NCBI GenBank assembly: GCA_963720895.1
Contig: CAVRGZ010000006.1
Location: 8,328-72,327 of the forward strand
DNA: 64,000 nucleotides
Source of the DNA: an uncultured Verrucomicrobiae bacterium
GTDB lineage: Bacteria; Verrucomicrobiota; Verrucomicrobiia; Chthoniobacterales; UBA10450
Direction: 5' to 3'
Part shown: one piece after another, positions 39,740 to 50,377 of the stretch
How positions within the stretch are numbered: the stretch's first letter is position 1
How the letters are laid out: each line of letters starts with the position of its first letter
Translations under genes and position numbers: made by a program
Notes under the pieces: generated by a model
Told to the model about the DNA's origin: nothing
Database searches by the model: none
Seen by the model: the letters and a program-made list of their open reading frames with translations, nothing else

Positions 39740-40648
39740 TTGAAAGACGCGGCCAGACTCCTGCTCTACCTCGCCGGGGTTGTCCTGTTGGGAGCACTTG
39801 GGGCGCCCCTCCTCTTTTGGTCAGGCCAGTCTCTCATCGCACACGGCATCTGGCCGAGCCTCGGGCGGTTTGATTTCGAAAGCTATTTTCATCGTGCCCT
39901 TCTCGTTGCTGCGCTGGTTCTGCTCTGGCCGCTCCTGCGAGCACTGCGGATAAGGAGTTGGCGCGACCTCGCTCTGGAAAAGAATCCTCGCCCGGGTGCG
40001 GATCTGGCGTTTGGCTTTGCGATTGGAGCGATTCCCCTGCTCTGCTGCGGCGCGGTCATCCTCGCAATCCATATCTATTCGCTGCGGCACGCGTTTCTCT
40101 GGCAGAAAATGCCGAGTGTGCTCGTTGCGGCCAGCGTCGTGCCCATCCTGGAGGAACTGCTTTTTCGCGGTTTCATTCTCGGCGTCTTGCTCCGCAGTTT
40201 TTCGAGGCTCGGAGCGCTCCTCCTCACCTCCGGACTTTTCTCCATTGTCCACTTCCTGAAGGCCCCCGATTTGACCACGCCTAACGACGCCGTGCGCTGG
40301 TTCTCGGGTTTCGACTCGATTACCCACTCGTTTGGCCAATTTGGCGACCCGATGCTGCTCGCGGCCGGTTTTCTGACCCTTTTCGCGATCGGCTCCATCC
40401 TGGCCGACGCCCGCCTCCAAACCTCCTCCCTTTGGTTGCCGATTGGATTGCACTCCGGTTGGATTTTCGCCAACGGCACTTTCAGCAAAGCGGCGCATCG
40501 CGAAGTGCTCGCGCTGCCCTGGCTCGGGAAAGACTTGCTCGTCGGAATCGTGCCTCTTATTCTCGCCTTCGCCAGCTGGGCGCTGATGCGCCTCTGGCTG
40601 AAACATGCCGCCGCTCGCTCTCCCCGACCTCTTTCGCGGACTCGTTAG
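39740..40648 (+). CDS. CPBP-family intramembrane glutamic endopeptidase (CAAX protease family)
   Basis: 302-aa polytopic ORF starting at TTG. It carries PILEELLFRGF (the EExxxR motif), FSIVHF (FxxxH) and a later IGLHSGWIF. Confidence 0.8.
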   Translation: MKDAARLLLYLAGVVLLGALGAPLLFWSGQSLIAHGIWPSLGRFDFESYFHRALLVAALVLLWPLLRALRIRSWRDLALEKNPRPGADLAFGFAIGAIPLLCCGAVILAIHIYSLRHAFLWQKMPSVLVAASVVPILEELLFRGFILGVLLRSFSRLGALLLTSGLFSIVHFLKAPDLTTPNDAVRWFSGFDSITHSFGQFGDPMLLAAGFLTLFAIGSILADARLQTSSLWLPIGLHSGWIFANGTFSKAAHREVLALPWLGKDLLVGIVPLILAFASWALMRLWLKHAAARSPRPLSRTR

Positions 40649-41333
40649 TCTCTTCTATCCGCCTTTCTGCGCAGTCTGCGCTTCACCGGTTGAAACGAAT
40701 GAAAGTCTTTGTGCGAGTTGCGCCGAGAAAGCGCCACGGATTCGGGCACCATTTTGCGAGAAATGTTCGCAACCTTTCGCCGGAGCGATGACGGACTCGT
40801 TTACCTGCGCAAATTGCGCGAATCGCGTCCTCCACTTCGAAGCCGCGGTTTCGGTCTACTTAAGCCGGGGGGTGGTGCGCGAAGTGGTTCACAGTTTCAA
40901 GTACGGTCGCCAGATCCACCTCCGCCATCTTCTCGGCCGCTGGCTGGCGGAGGCGCTGGGCGACTCGCGCCTTGCGGACCGGCGCTTTGATCTCGTCGTA
41001 CCGGTGCCTTTGCACCCGGCGAGACAACGCGAGCGCGGATTTAACCAGGCTGTGTTGCTGGCCGCAGCACTCCACCGGAACAGCGGCCTGTCCGTAGACA
41101 ACGTCCTGCAGCGAACCCGTTACACTGCCACCCAGACGCAATTCGACCGGAGCGAGCGGATGGAAAATCTCAGAGGCGCCTTTCGTTTACGGCGCGGCGC
41201 CAACGTGCAAGATTTGCGGATGTTGTTGGTTGACGACGTCCTCACCACGGGTTCGACCTTGAGTGAATGCGCCTCGGTTTTACGCGAAGCTGGGGCCCTT
41301 TCGGTCCACGCAGTAACTGTCGCCCGCGGCTAA
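40605..41333 (+). CDS. comF: ComF-family protein (phosphoribosyltransferase-fold, ComFC-like)
   Basis: 242-aa ORF. The N-terminus has Cys pairs (CAVCASP...CASC; FCEKC...CANC, a double zinc ribbon). The C-terminal PRT motif is LLVDDVLTTGSTL. Confidence 0.8.
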   Translation: MPPLALPDLFRGLVSLFYPPFCAVCASPVETNESLCASCAEKAPRIRAPFCEKCSQPFAGAMTDSFTCANCANRVLHFEAAVSVYLSRGVVREVVHSFKYGRQIHLRHLLGRWLAEALGDSRLADRRFDLVVPVPLHPARQRERGFNQAVLLAAALHRNSGLSVDNVLQRTRYTATQTQFDRSERMENLRGAFRLRRGANVQDLRMLLVDDVLTTGSTLSECASVLREAGALSVHAVTVARG

Positions 41334-41336
41334 GCC

Positions 41337-42182
41337 ATGGCCATTTTCAAAAAACCGTCGCTCAAGACCGAGAACAAGAAAAAGCGCGAGATGCCGCAGG
41401 GCCTCTGGCAAAAGTGTCCCGGCTGCGGCGAAGTCGTGCACGAAATCGAGCTTGCGGAAAACGACCGCGTTTGTCCGCGCTGTGATTACCATTTTACGCT
41501 CTCGGCGAAGGAGCGGATCGCGAATCTTTGCGATCCGGAAAGCTTCGTCGAGCTCGACGAACGGCTGACCTCGATCGACACCCTTAAGTTTCAGGGCATG
41601 GCCAGCTACAAGGATCGACTGCGCAAATACCAGGACAGCACCGGACTGGTCGACGCGGTCCTGAGCGGGCACGCCCTTATCGAGGGCTACAAAGTCGCAA
41701 TCGCAGTCATGGATTTCAGCTTCCTCGCCGCCACCATGGGCTCGGTCGCCGGCGAACGCATCACGCGGGTGATCGAGTACGGGACAGCCCATCGCTGCTG
41801 TGTCATCGTCGTCGCAGCCTCGGGCGGGGCGCGGATGTATGAGGGCATGCTCAGCCTCATGCAAATGGCAAAGACAAGCGGCGCGCTCGCCCTCCACGCC
41901 GAGCAGAAACTGCCATTCATTTCTGTCCTCACCAATCCGACCACTGCCGGAGTGATGGCGAGTTTCGCCTCGTTAGGCGATGTCATTATCGCCGAGCCCA
42001 AAGCGATGGTTGGCTTCGCCGGACCGCGCGTGATCAAGGAGACGACGCACCAGGATTTGCCGGAGCGCTTTCAGACCGCCGAGTTCCTTGAGGAACACGG
42101 GCTGATCGATCTTATCGTCCACCGCAAAGCTTTGCGCCGGCAGCTCGCTCAACTACTCGCCTGCTTTTCCGCAGCGCATTGA
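41337..42182 (+). CDS. accD: Acetyl-CoA carboxylase carboxyltransferase beta subunit
   Basis: 281-aa ORF. It has the zinc ribbon WQKCPGCGEVVHEIELAENDRVCPRCDYHF, then ASGGARMYEGMLSLMQMAKTS and GFAGPRVIKETT. It is colinear with E. coli AccD. Confidence 0.9.
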   Translation: MAIFKKPSLKTENKKKREMPQGLWQKCPGCGEVVHEIELAENDRVCPRCDYHFTLSAKERIANLCDPESFVELDERLTSIDTLKFQGMASYKDRLRKYQDSTGLVDAVLSGHALIEGYKVAIAVMDFSFLAATMGSVAGERITRVIEYGTAHRCCVIVVAASGGARMYEGMLSLMQMAKTSGALALHAEQKLPFISVLTNPTTAGVMASFASLGDVIIAEPKAMVGFAGPRVIKETTHQDLPERFQTAEFLEEHGLIDLIVHRKALRRQLAQLLACFSAAH

Positions 42183-42297
42183 GCTTGTTTGGGATCGCCC
42201 GCCTTATCGTGTGCGTAATCGTGCTCGTGATCATGATGGCAAGCGCTGAGGGATCGAGCACGAGCATGAACCCGATTGCAAACAAGAAGAGACCGGG

Positions 42298-43523
42298 ATG
42301 ACTCTTGAGTACCGAGAAAGCCTCAAATGGCTTTTCAACACCCAGCGTTTCGGGATCAAGCTCGGCCTCGAAAACAGCCGCCGTCTCTTCGATGCGCTCG
42401 ATGTTCCGCAGCCTGACGAACGGATCATTCACGTCGCCGGGACCAACGGTAAGGGCTCGGTTTGCGCCCTGCTCGATTCAATCTGCCGTGCCGCGGGTTA
42501 TCGCACCGCGCTTTTTACGTCCCCTCATCTCGTCAGCTTTCGCGAACGCATACAGGTGAATGGCAAGCTGATCTCCGAAGACGACGTCGTGCGCGGCCTG
42601 GCGAAAATTCGAGAGCTCATTGCAAAATGGGAACCACATCCAACCTTCTTCGAAATTGCCACCGGGCTTGCGCTCGATCATTTCCGAAATTCCGAAGCGG
42701 AGATCGTTGTCCTTGAGACCGGAATGGGCGGACGCCTCGACGCGACCAACGTCGTCCGGCCGATCGTCTCCATCCTCACCCCAATCGATTATGATCACCA
42801 GAAATGGCTCGGTGCGACTTTGACCGAGATCGCGCGCGAGAAGGCAGGCATCATCAAAACAGACGTTCCGGTCGTCTCCGCCCGGCAATTGCCGGAGGCC
42901 GAGGCCGTCATCCGCGCTCGGGCCGCGGAATGCGCTGCTCCGCTCGATTTCGTCAGGCAACCGTTCGAGCGGCTGCCGATCGCACTCAGCGGCAGCCATC
43001 AAAAACAAAACGCCGCCCTCGCCCTCTCTGCACTCCACACCGCGAAGATCGAAGTGAACGAGGACGCCATCGCGCGCGGTCTGGCCGGGATCGTCTGGCC
43101 AGCGCGTTTCCAAGACTGGGACGAGCGAACGATCATCGACGGCGCGCACAATCCGGCCGGCGCACGCACGCTGGCGGAGACATGGCAGGAAAACTTTGGC
43201 GACCAGCAAGCGACGATTGTCCTGGCAGTCTTGCAGGAAAAAGATGCGACGGGATTTGCGCGGCACTCGGACCGATCGCGCGTCGCTGGCTGCTGCCGTC
43301 GATTCGCAGCGCGCGCGGCCTTGCGCCCGAGGAATTGCGCCGGACGATTCAAGGTCAGTTTCCCGATATTCCGGTCGCGGTCATGCGCTCCTTCGCCACG
43401 GCCTGGGAGGAGGCGCGGCGGGACTCGGCCCCCATTCTCATTACCGGTTCATTGCACTTTGCAGGTGAAGCGCTGGCTTTCCTCGAGGCGAAAGCGGCAG
43501 CGTTTGAAGAGTGTCTGCAATAA
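42298..43523 (+). pseudogene. folC: Bifunctional folylpolyglutamate synthase / dihydrofolate synthase, one frameshift as assembled
   Basis: ORF 42298..43551 has HVAGTNGKGSVCALL (P-loop) and the Mur-ligase pattern. From about 43255 the conserved C-terminus (GICAALGPIARRWLLP...ILITGSLHFAGEALAFL) lies in the frame of ORF 42804..43523. Confidence 0.8.
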
Positions 43524-43547
43524 ATTCCGCGCTTTGGCCGCGAGCGC

Positions 43548-45137
43548 TTAAGTCCTGCCGCCAGGTCCCCAGTTATGCTCGATCCGCGGGAACAACGGCG
43601 TCGGTTTTCCGACGACATGACCATCCGGCAACCTCCCCCACTCCGCCTCGGCTAACGAGAAGCGCTCTTCCTTTCCGCTTAGTTCCATCTTCCAATTCGA
43701 GCTGATCGAAAATGCCATGCGCGGCTTTGGGAAGAACCGGCGAGATCAGGATGGCGATGATGCGGAGCCGATCGGCCAGATCGTAGAGCAACTCGGCGAC
43801 GGCTTTTGTCTGGCCCTCCTTCATCATTTTCCAAGGGGCGGTTTTCTCAATGAGTTGATTAGCCTCGTTCGCGATTTTGATCACCGTTCCATGGTCCCGC
43901 TCATCGCGACGTCGTGAGCGAGATCACGGTATGCTTGCAGCAGCACTTGAAAAGAATCTCGGGTGAGCATGGTCCTGTTTCCGCGTTGCAAGTCCCCGCG
44001 GAATAGCGTCCAGCCATGTTAAGCGTTCGATTTAAGAGATTGCCTAACGAATTGGCCAGATCTGCATTGTAGCGTTCGACAATTCGATACTCGAGAAAAT
44101 CCGCGTCCTATCCGATCACCATATCGCTCATCAAATAATAGCGGAGCGCTTCCGGCGCCATATTTGTCGGCCAGCTCGTCGGGATCGACGACGTTGCCTA
44201 ACGACTTGCTCATCTTCGCGCCGCTGATGTTCCACCAGCCGTGGACGAGAAACTTTGGCATCTGGTCGTCGGGAAAGCCGAGGGCGTGAAGCATGATCGG
44301 CCAGTAGATGCCGTGGGCCGGGATGAGGATGTCTTTGCCGATGATGTGCAGTGCGGGCCATTTTTCGCGGAAGGCGGCGGGTTGATCGGCGAAGTCCTTC
44401 TTCGCGGGATCATAGCCAATAAAGCTGATATAATTCGTCAGGGCATCGAACCAGACGTAGTTGACGTAGTCGGGATCGAAGGGCAGCTCGATGCCCCAAC
44501 TGAGCCGCGATTTCGGACGTGAGATGCAGAGATCGCCGCTCAGTTTTTCGACCGCGTTGATCAGCTCGGTCTGACGGAAATCGGGCGTGACGCAATCGGG
44601 ATGAGTGCGCAGATAGCCGAGCAGCCAGTCTTTGTGCTGGTGCGAGCTGGAAGTAATAGTTTTCCTCCACGCGATGTTCGACCTCGCCCCACTCGGGACC
44701 GAACTCGCCGTCGGGGCCGCGCTCTTTGTCGGTCAGGAATTGTTCCTGACGGATGCTGTAGTAGCCCTCCTGTTTGTCCTTGTAGATCTGGTTTTCGTCG
44801 TAAAAGGCGCTGCAGCATTCCCTGCACGCATTTCTTGTGCAGCGGATCGGTCGTGGCCGCCCAGAGGTCGTAGCGGACTTCGAGTTTTTCCCAGAGCGCG
44901 ATGAATTTCGCCGTGAGCTCATCGACGAATTGCTGCGGCGGGATGCCGGCTTTTTCGGCCGATTGCTGCACTTTCTGGCCGTGCTGATCGACGCCGGTGA
45001 GGAAGAAAACCTTCTCGCCCTTCAGCCGGTGATAACGCGCGATGACATCGGCCAGCACTTTCTCGTAGGCGTGGCCGATGTGCGGCGCGCCGTTGGTGTA
45101 GTCGATCGCAGTGGTGAGGTAGAAAGGTTTTGGGCAT
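43548..45137 (-). pseudogene. metG: Methionine--tRNA ligase (short form), at least 5 frameshifts plus one in-frame TAG as assembled
   Basis: Pieces lie in several frames: KPFYLTTAIDYTNGAPHIGHAYEKVLADVIARYHRLKGEKVFFLTGVDQHG (HIGH motif), YDENQIYKDKQEGYYSIRQEQF, LHIIGKDILIPAHGIYWPIML (from frame reconstruction), HGWWNISGAKMSKSLGNVVDP (KMSKS motif), RYNADLANSLGNLLNRT and the C-terminal LFPRIEHNW...*. The start ATG is at 45137 and the stop TAA at 43548-43550. Confidence 0.85.
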
Positions 45138-45298
45138 CGGCTCGGAGATATTGCGGGCGGGAGCTGCGCGGCGCAACCGGCAGATTTGCCTGGAAATCAG
45201 CTTGCCTAACGAGCGGTCGCGGTTGCGAGGAGCGGCGCGCGCCAACGGCGGTGGAGGATGCGCGAAATGCGCAGGATGCGGGAAAAGCGAGAGGTAGA

Positions 45299-46077
45299 TC
45301 AGGCCGTCCCATTCGTCGAAACCATTGGATGCCGGCGAGCAACGCAGCGAGCAGGCCGATCGCGACGAAAGCAGATGATCCGGCAGATGGCGAAGCGAGT
45401 GTCGAGCCGTTCGAGCGCGGAGAGTTCGAGCGCCTCCCTGAGCCGATAGGCGTGGAAATAAAGGAGAAGTAGCGCGAGATAAACCGCGGCGAAACCGAGG
45501 CCGTAAATGACAAGTAAGGAGCGAAATTTGCGTCCGGCGTGATTTGGACGTTGCGGCGGGAATCGGTGCCGCCAGACGAGACTGTTGAGACTGAGGTTAA
45601 AAAGAAACTTGAGCGGATAGACATAGAAAAGAACAAGAAAGAGCAGAATGCAGGTGAGGAAACGGGTTAATCCGTCGTCGAGCCCGTAACGCCGGCAGAA
45701 TCGGTAATGGCTGTTCCAAATGAGCGCGAGGAGGAGGAAGCAAACCGCGAAAGCCGGAAACCGCGCATGGTGTTGACGAGGTCAGAGAAATTTCGCGGCA
45801 CATCGAGCGAAACGACGAGAAGGGTGAGCGCAAAGCCGAAGACGGCGTCGCTGAATCCCTCGAGACGGGTTACTTCAAGTCCGCGCTGGCGGAAGCCGTC
45901 GATATATTCCCGATCGTGCTTTCCGCGGGCGCCTCGGAACATGAGCGGTTGATATCCGAGAGCGCGCCGCAGGACAAGCACTTCACCAGCCCGGGAATCG
46001 CCATCTTCTCTTGCGGAGACCGGCTCCAGGCGAATGACGCTGACAAAGCGCCTGTTCGGGGGTAAATCTTGGCGCAT
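45299..46077 (-). pseudogene. TMEM175/DUF1211-family potassium channel-like membrane protein, at least 2 frameshifts as assembled (3' end uncertain)
   Basis: ORF 45667..46086 contains RLEGFSDAVFGFALTLLVVSL, the family signature (RxxxFSD...TLLV). The following TM helices (AFAVCFLLLALIWNSHYRF..., LLFLVLFYVYPLKFLF..., AFVAIGLLAALLAG) appear in the other two frames. Confidence 0.6.
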
Positions 46078-46092
46078 CTTGAGCAAATCAGC

Positions 46093-47739
46093 ATGTCTTT
46101 CTGGCGCGTCCTCGCCCTAACGATCGTCGCGACGCTGTCTTTCGCGGCCTGTGAACGGCCGAACCCCGCGCCAGAACCCGATTCATTTCCAATCCTGACC
46201 CCGCCGGCGCCGGCCGCCCCTCACATCAACGGTCCAGAATTTTCGGCGCCAGACCGGGCTCCCCTTTTCAATATCAAATTCCAGCGACCGGAGAGCGCCC
46301 GCTGGAATCTGCGGCTGATGAATCTGCCCGCCGGACTAACGATCAACCGGAAAAGCGGTCTTATCACCGGGGGACCGTGCAAGGCCGCTATCTCGTTAGG
46401 CTAGGCGCGCGCAATCGCCAGGGTGCGCCGAGAAGTTGTTCACGATCGTGGTGGGCGACGAAATCGCGCTGACACCGCCGATGGGTTGGAATAGCTGGAA
46501 TTGCTGGGGCTTGAAAGTCAGCGGGGAAAAAGTGCGAGCCGCGGCGCGCGCCCTGGCCGGAAGCGGCCTGCGCGACCATGGCTGGAGTTACGTCAATATC
46601 GACGACGGATGGCAGGGTCGCCGAGATGGCGCGTTTCGGGCCATCCAACCAAATCGAAATTCCCGCAAATCGCGGCGCTGGCTGGCGAAGATCCACGGTC
46701 TCGGTTTGAAGATCGGCATCTATTCCACGCCGTGGCGAATCAGCTCCGGCCGTTATGTCGGATCTTCGGCCGACGGGCCGAGCGGAGGGATCGAGACGAC
46801 CGCGCGGATGCAAGAGATTCCAGTATCAGCTCCGAAATTTCGCTCGTGGCTCGACGACTACGCCTGGCTGAAACCTCTGGCCGAATGGAAACGAGCGAAG
46901 GCGCGTAAAGGATTTCAGAATCAGCTTGAACACATTCGGTCGGTTTTCGTTTGTTAGTCGGGATGTACGGCAATGGGTGGCCTGGGGGATCGACTATCTC
47001 AAATACGACTGGGTACCGATCGATCTTGCCCACGTCGCGGAGATGAGCGAAGCGCTCAAGCGTCAGGGCGCGAATTTTCTATAGCCTCTCGAACAATGCC
47101 AAACTGCCGATCGCGCCGGAGCTGGTAAAGCTGGCGAATGCCTGGCGAACCGCGGTGGACATCGAGGACACTTGGGAAAGCGTGAGCGACATCGGTTTTT
47201 CCCGCGACAGATGGGCGCCGATTTAATGGACCAGGGCATTACAACGATCCCGACATGCTGGTCCTTGGTGAGACGCGATGGACATCGGCCGAACGGCAGC
47301 CGGCTAACTTCTGACGAACAATACTCGCACATGAGTCTTTGGTGTCTGCTCTCCGGTCCGCTTCTCCTTGGCTGCGATCTGACAGGCTCGATCCATTCAC
47401 CCTCGGTTTACTGACCAATGACGAAGTTCTGGAGATCAATCAGGATCCACTTTGCCAGCAGGCGACGTGCATCGCCCGTTCGGGCGTCGGCAATGTATAT
47501 GCGAAGCGCCTCGAGAACGGCGCGTGGGCAGTCGGCCTGTTCAACCGCGGAAACAAGCCATTGCCAATCGTGGTGCGATTGGTCGGATCTCGGAATTTCA
47601 AAACCGCTGGCGGTGCGAGATTTGTGGCGACAAAAGGATCTCGGAAGTTTCCGCGAACGGTTTGCCACGGTCGCTCCGCACGGTGTTGTTCCTCCGGGTT
47701 GGCGCCCGAGTCGTTAGTCGCGATCCTCCGGGCCAATAA
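46093..47739 (+). pseudogene. GH27-family alpha-galactosidase-like glycoside hydrolase with N-terminal Ig-like segment, many frameshifts as assembled
   Basis: The signal peptide is MSFWRVLALTIVATLSFAAC. It has LTPPMGWNSWNCWG...YVNIDDGWQG (GH27 N-terminal catalytic signature, ORF 46436..46957), WGIDYLKYDW (frame reconstruction) and NDEVLEINQDPL...VGLFNRG (ORF 47339..47833). The end is approximate. Confidence 0.7.
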
Positions 47740-47882
47740 CGACAACCGCGCGCTTTTTGTTCCCATTGTTCATCCAGCGGAAATCGCCGAGTCGGTTGCT
47801 CGCCGACCGCCTCTGAAAGCGCGAGGAGCCTGAGAGTCAGCCTAATTGAGCGCACAGACCCTGCGTTTCGCAAACGAAACGT

Positions 47883-49178
47883 CTAAAGGCCGAGGGCGAG
47901 AAATGTTTCGTCAACGTAACGAAAATGGACGTCGAGCGAACAGAGCGCATCGATTTCGTCCGGCGAAAGTAAGGCGGCTGATCTTCCGCTTCCTGTTTCG
48001 CGTTCTCGGCAAACGATCGGTCGCCCTTCCAGGTTCGCATTGCGGCACGCTGGACCGCTTCGTAGGCGGTCTGGCGATTGGCCCCGGCGCGGGTCAGAGC
48101 GAGGAGGACAGATTGACTGAAATAAAGACCTTTCGTCAGACCAAGATTTCGCTCCATGTTTTCGGGGTAAACCTGAAGCTTCTCGATCAGGTCGCGCAGC
48201 TTAGAGAGCATGTAATCGAGCAGCATGCAGGAATCGGGCAGGATGATGCGTTCGGCGCTGGAATGGCTGATGTCGCGTTCGTGCCAGAGGGCGACGTTCT
48301 CAAGCGCGGCGAGGGCGTTTCCCCGCACGACACGGGCAAGGCCGCTCAAGCGTTCGGCCGTGATCGGGTTGCGCTTGTGCGGCATGGCTGAGCTGCCTTT
48401 CTGTCCGGCAGCCGAAAAATTCCTCCACTTCGAGCACTTCGGTTCGCTGCAGATGCCGCAGTTCGGTAGCCCAGCGATCGATGCTCGACGCGATGAGCGC
48501 GAGCGTGGTGGAAAATTCTGCATGACGATCGCGTTGGATGATCTGGGTCGAAAGTTTCGCTGGTTGCAGCCCGAGCTTCTCGCAAACGTGGCGTTCGATC
48601 CGCGGGTCGAGATGGGCATGGGTGCCGACCGCGCCGCTCAGTTTGCCGACGCCGACCCGCTCGAGGGTCTGGGAGAGGCGCTCTTCGGCGCGGCCAAATT
48701 CGTCGAACATCAGCGCGAGTTTCAACCCAAAGGTGATCGGCTCCGCATGAATGCCGTGGCTCCGGCCAATCATCGGCGTCATTTTGTAACGCCGGGCCTG
48801 ATCGGCCACAACGCGCCGCAGTTCGCGAATGTCCTCCAGTAGGATCTTCCCTGCCGCGACGAGCTGTACCGCCAGAGTCGTGTCGAGAATGTCGGACGAG
48901 GTCAGACCCTGATGGATCCACCGGGCGGCCGGGCCAACCGACGTCGCGACATTTTCAAGAAAGGCAATGACATCGTGGTTGGTGCGTTTTTCGATCTCGT
49001 GGATCTCCGGAATGGAGAAGCGCGCGCGCTGCCGAATTTCCGCCGCGTCTGCTGCCGGGATTTGTCCGATTTCGGCCATCGCTTCGCAGGCGAGGGTTTC
49101 GATTTCGAGCCAGATTTCGAATTTGCGCTGCTCGGACCAAAGCTCGCGCATCGGCGCGCGGGAATATCGCTCAATCAC
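47883..49178 (-). pseudogene. purB: Adenylosuccinate lyase, at least 2 frameshifts as assembled
   Basis: GTG 49178 starts (V)IERYSRAPMRELWSEQRKFEIWLEIE. It has GLTSSDILDT and the signature [15 protein letters not shown] (ORF 47837..48619). The true C-terminus, [28 protein letters not shown], is in a third frame and ends at 47883. Confidence 0.85.
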
Positions 49179-49295
49179 CGCGTGAACATAGAAAAGACGA
49201 GCGACCGCGGCAAAGCGATTCGTGCAAAAAGAAACGTCGCTCGGGCGGCTCCGACCGCCGGAGAGACGTTTCACGTCGGATGGAGACGAAAAGTG

Positions 49296-49514
49296 CTAGC
49301 AGACCCGGGCGCGATTGAACCGCCCATTGCTTTCCACACGGACCTGGCCACTGCCAAGTAAATCAGCAACTGCCGCGACTGTTTCCTTGGTATTTTTGGT
49401 GCAGGAACTAACCGCGAAAATGAGTTCGCCAAGCGAAAGAGCAGGACGCGACTTAAGGATTTGAGTATTCTTTTTCATGTGAGGTAGGCCGTATTTCAGC
49501 AGATTGGATGCCAT
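49296..49514 (-). CDS. Hypothetical small protein (72 aa) in an AT-richer pocket
   Basis: ORF only. It sits between purB and the DedA gene. There is no recognisable family and it may not be coding. Confidence 0.25.
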   Translation of the reverse strand: MASNLLKYGLPHMKKNTQILKSRPALSLGELIFAVSSCTKNTKETVAAVADLLGSGQVRVESNGRFNRARVC

Positions 49515-49641
49515 ATATCTCTATTTAGAGAGTTTTTCGCGGTGAGACGTTCAAAAATAGTTAAGTCTGCCCGAGGGCGTCAGCGAAAAGGGAGTGACAC
49601 AAGTGTATCGAATTTATACACTGTTCTGCTGAGGCAGCGCG

Positions 49642-50280
49642 CTACGAGGCCGAAGTTCGTTTGGCCGAGAGCCGCAGAACCAGCAAATATAGAATCGCCA
49701 GCCAGCGCGACAAAGAGCACGATCCAATGGGATTGCGCCTTAATCAGATGCACCATGCCTTCCGGATTTGAGATCAAATCCGGTTGGGCGTGATACGCTT
49801 TGGCGCCCAGATAGGTCAGAACGGCACACCAGAGCGCTGAGCCCACGATCGTGACAACGCTGAACATCCAGAAATTCATCCGCACGATGCCAGCCGGAAT
49901 CGAAATCAGATGGCGAATGACCGGCAAAAGGCGGGCAAAGAAGACACCGCCCGCTTCGTAGCGCTCCAGCCAGATTTCCGCCCGTTCCAGTTTATCCGGC
50001 GAAATGAAGAAATACTTTCCGAAGCGCTGGACAATCGGACGGCCCGACCAACAGAGAGATCCAATAGGATAGAGGCTGCGCCAATGTAGGAGCCGAGGGT
50101 TCCGGCCAGGATGACGCCGGCAAAACTCAGGTCACCGCGGGCTGCGAGAAAGGCGGCCGGCGGAATCACGATTTCACTCGGGACCGGGAAGATCGAGCTC
50201 TCCATCGCCATCAGGACGACTATTCCGAGGTATCCCCAGTTCAGAACCCAACCAAACCAGATTTCAATTAAGTGATGCAT
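49642..50280 (-). pseudogene. DedA-family membrane protein, about 2 frameshifts as assembled
   Basis: ATG 50280 starts MHHLIEIWFGWVLNWGYLGIVVLMAMESSIFPVPSEIVIPPAAFLAARG (the DedA N-terminal signature). ORF 49580..49927 continues with PVIRHLISIPAGIVRMNFWMFSVVTIVGSALW. The likely true C-terminus is in a third frame, ending near 49642. Confidence 0.65.
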
Positions 50281-50377
50281 GCGAAAAATGTCGGATTGCG
50301 GATTTCGGAATTCGGAACAGACTAACGAAAGCGCGAAGCATGCTTGCACCGCACGCGTTCCGCAATCTGAATTCCTC

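Noticed and set aside
1031-46125. The extended 10-mer CTAACGATCG recurs at 1031, 1441, 17373, 26101 (reverse) and 46118, and could be a separate longer signal.
   Set aside because: Only 5 of about 33 exact or near copies carry the TCG extension, and CGATCG is itself frequent in this sequence. This is probably the core word next to a common hexamer.
49606-49626. The hairpin AGTGTAT-N7-ATACACT downstream of the DedA gene could be a terminator.
   Set aside because: The stem is a 7-bp AT-rich stem with no following U-run on the relevant strand. It may also lie inside the mis-framed 3' end of the gene.
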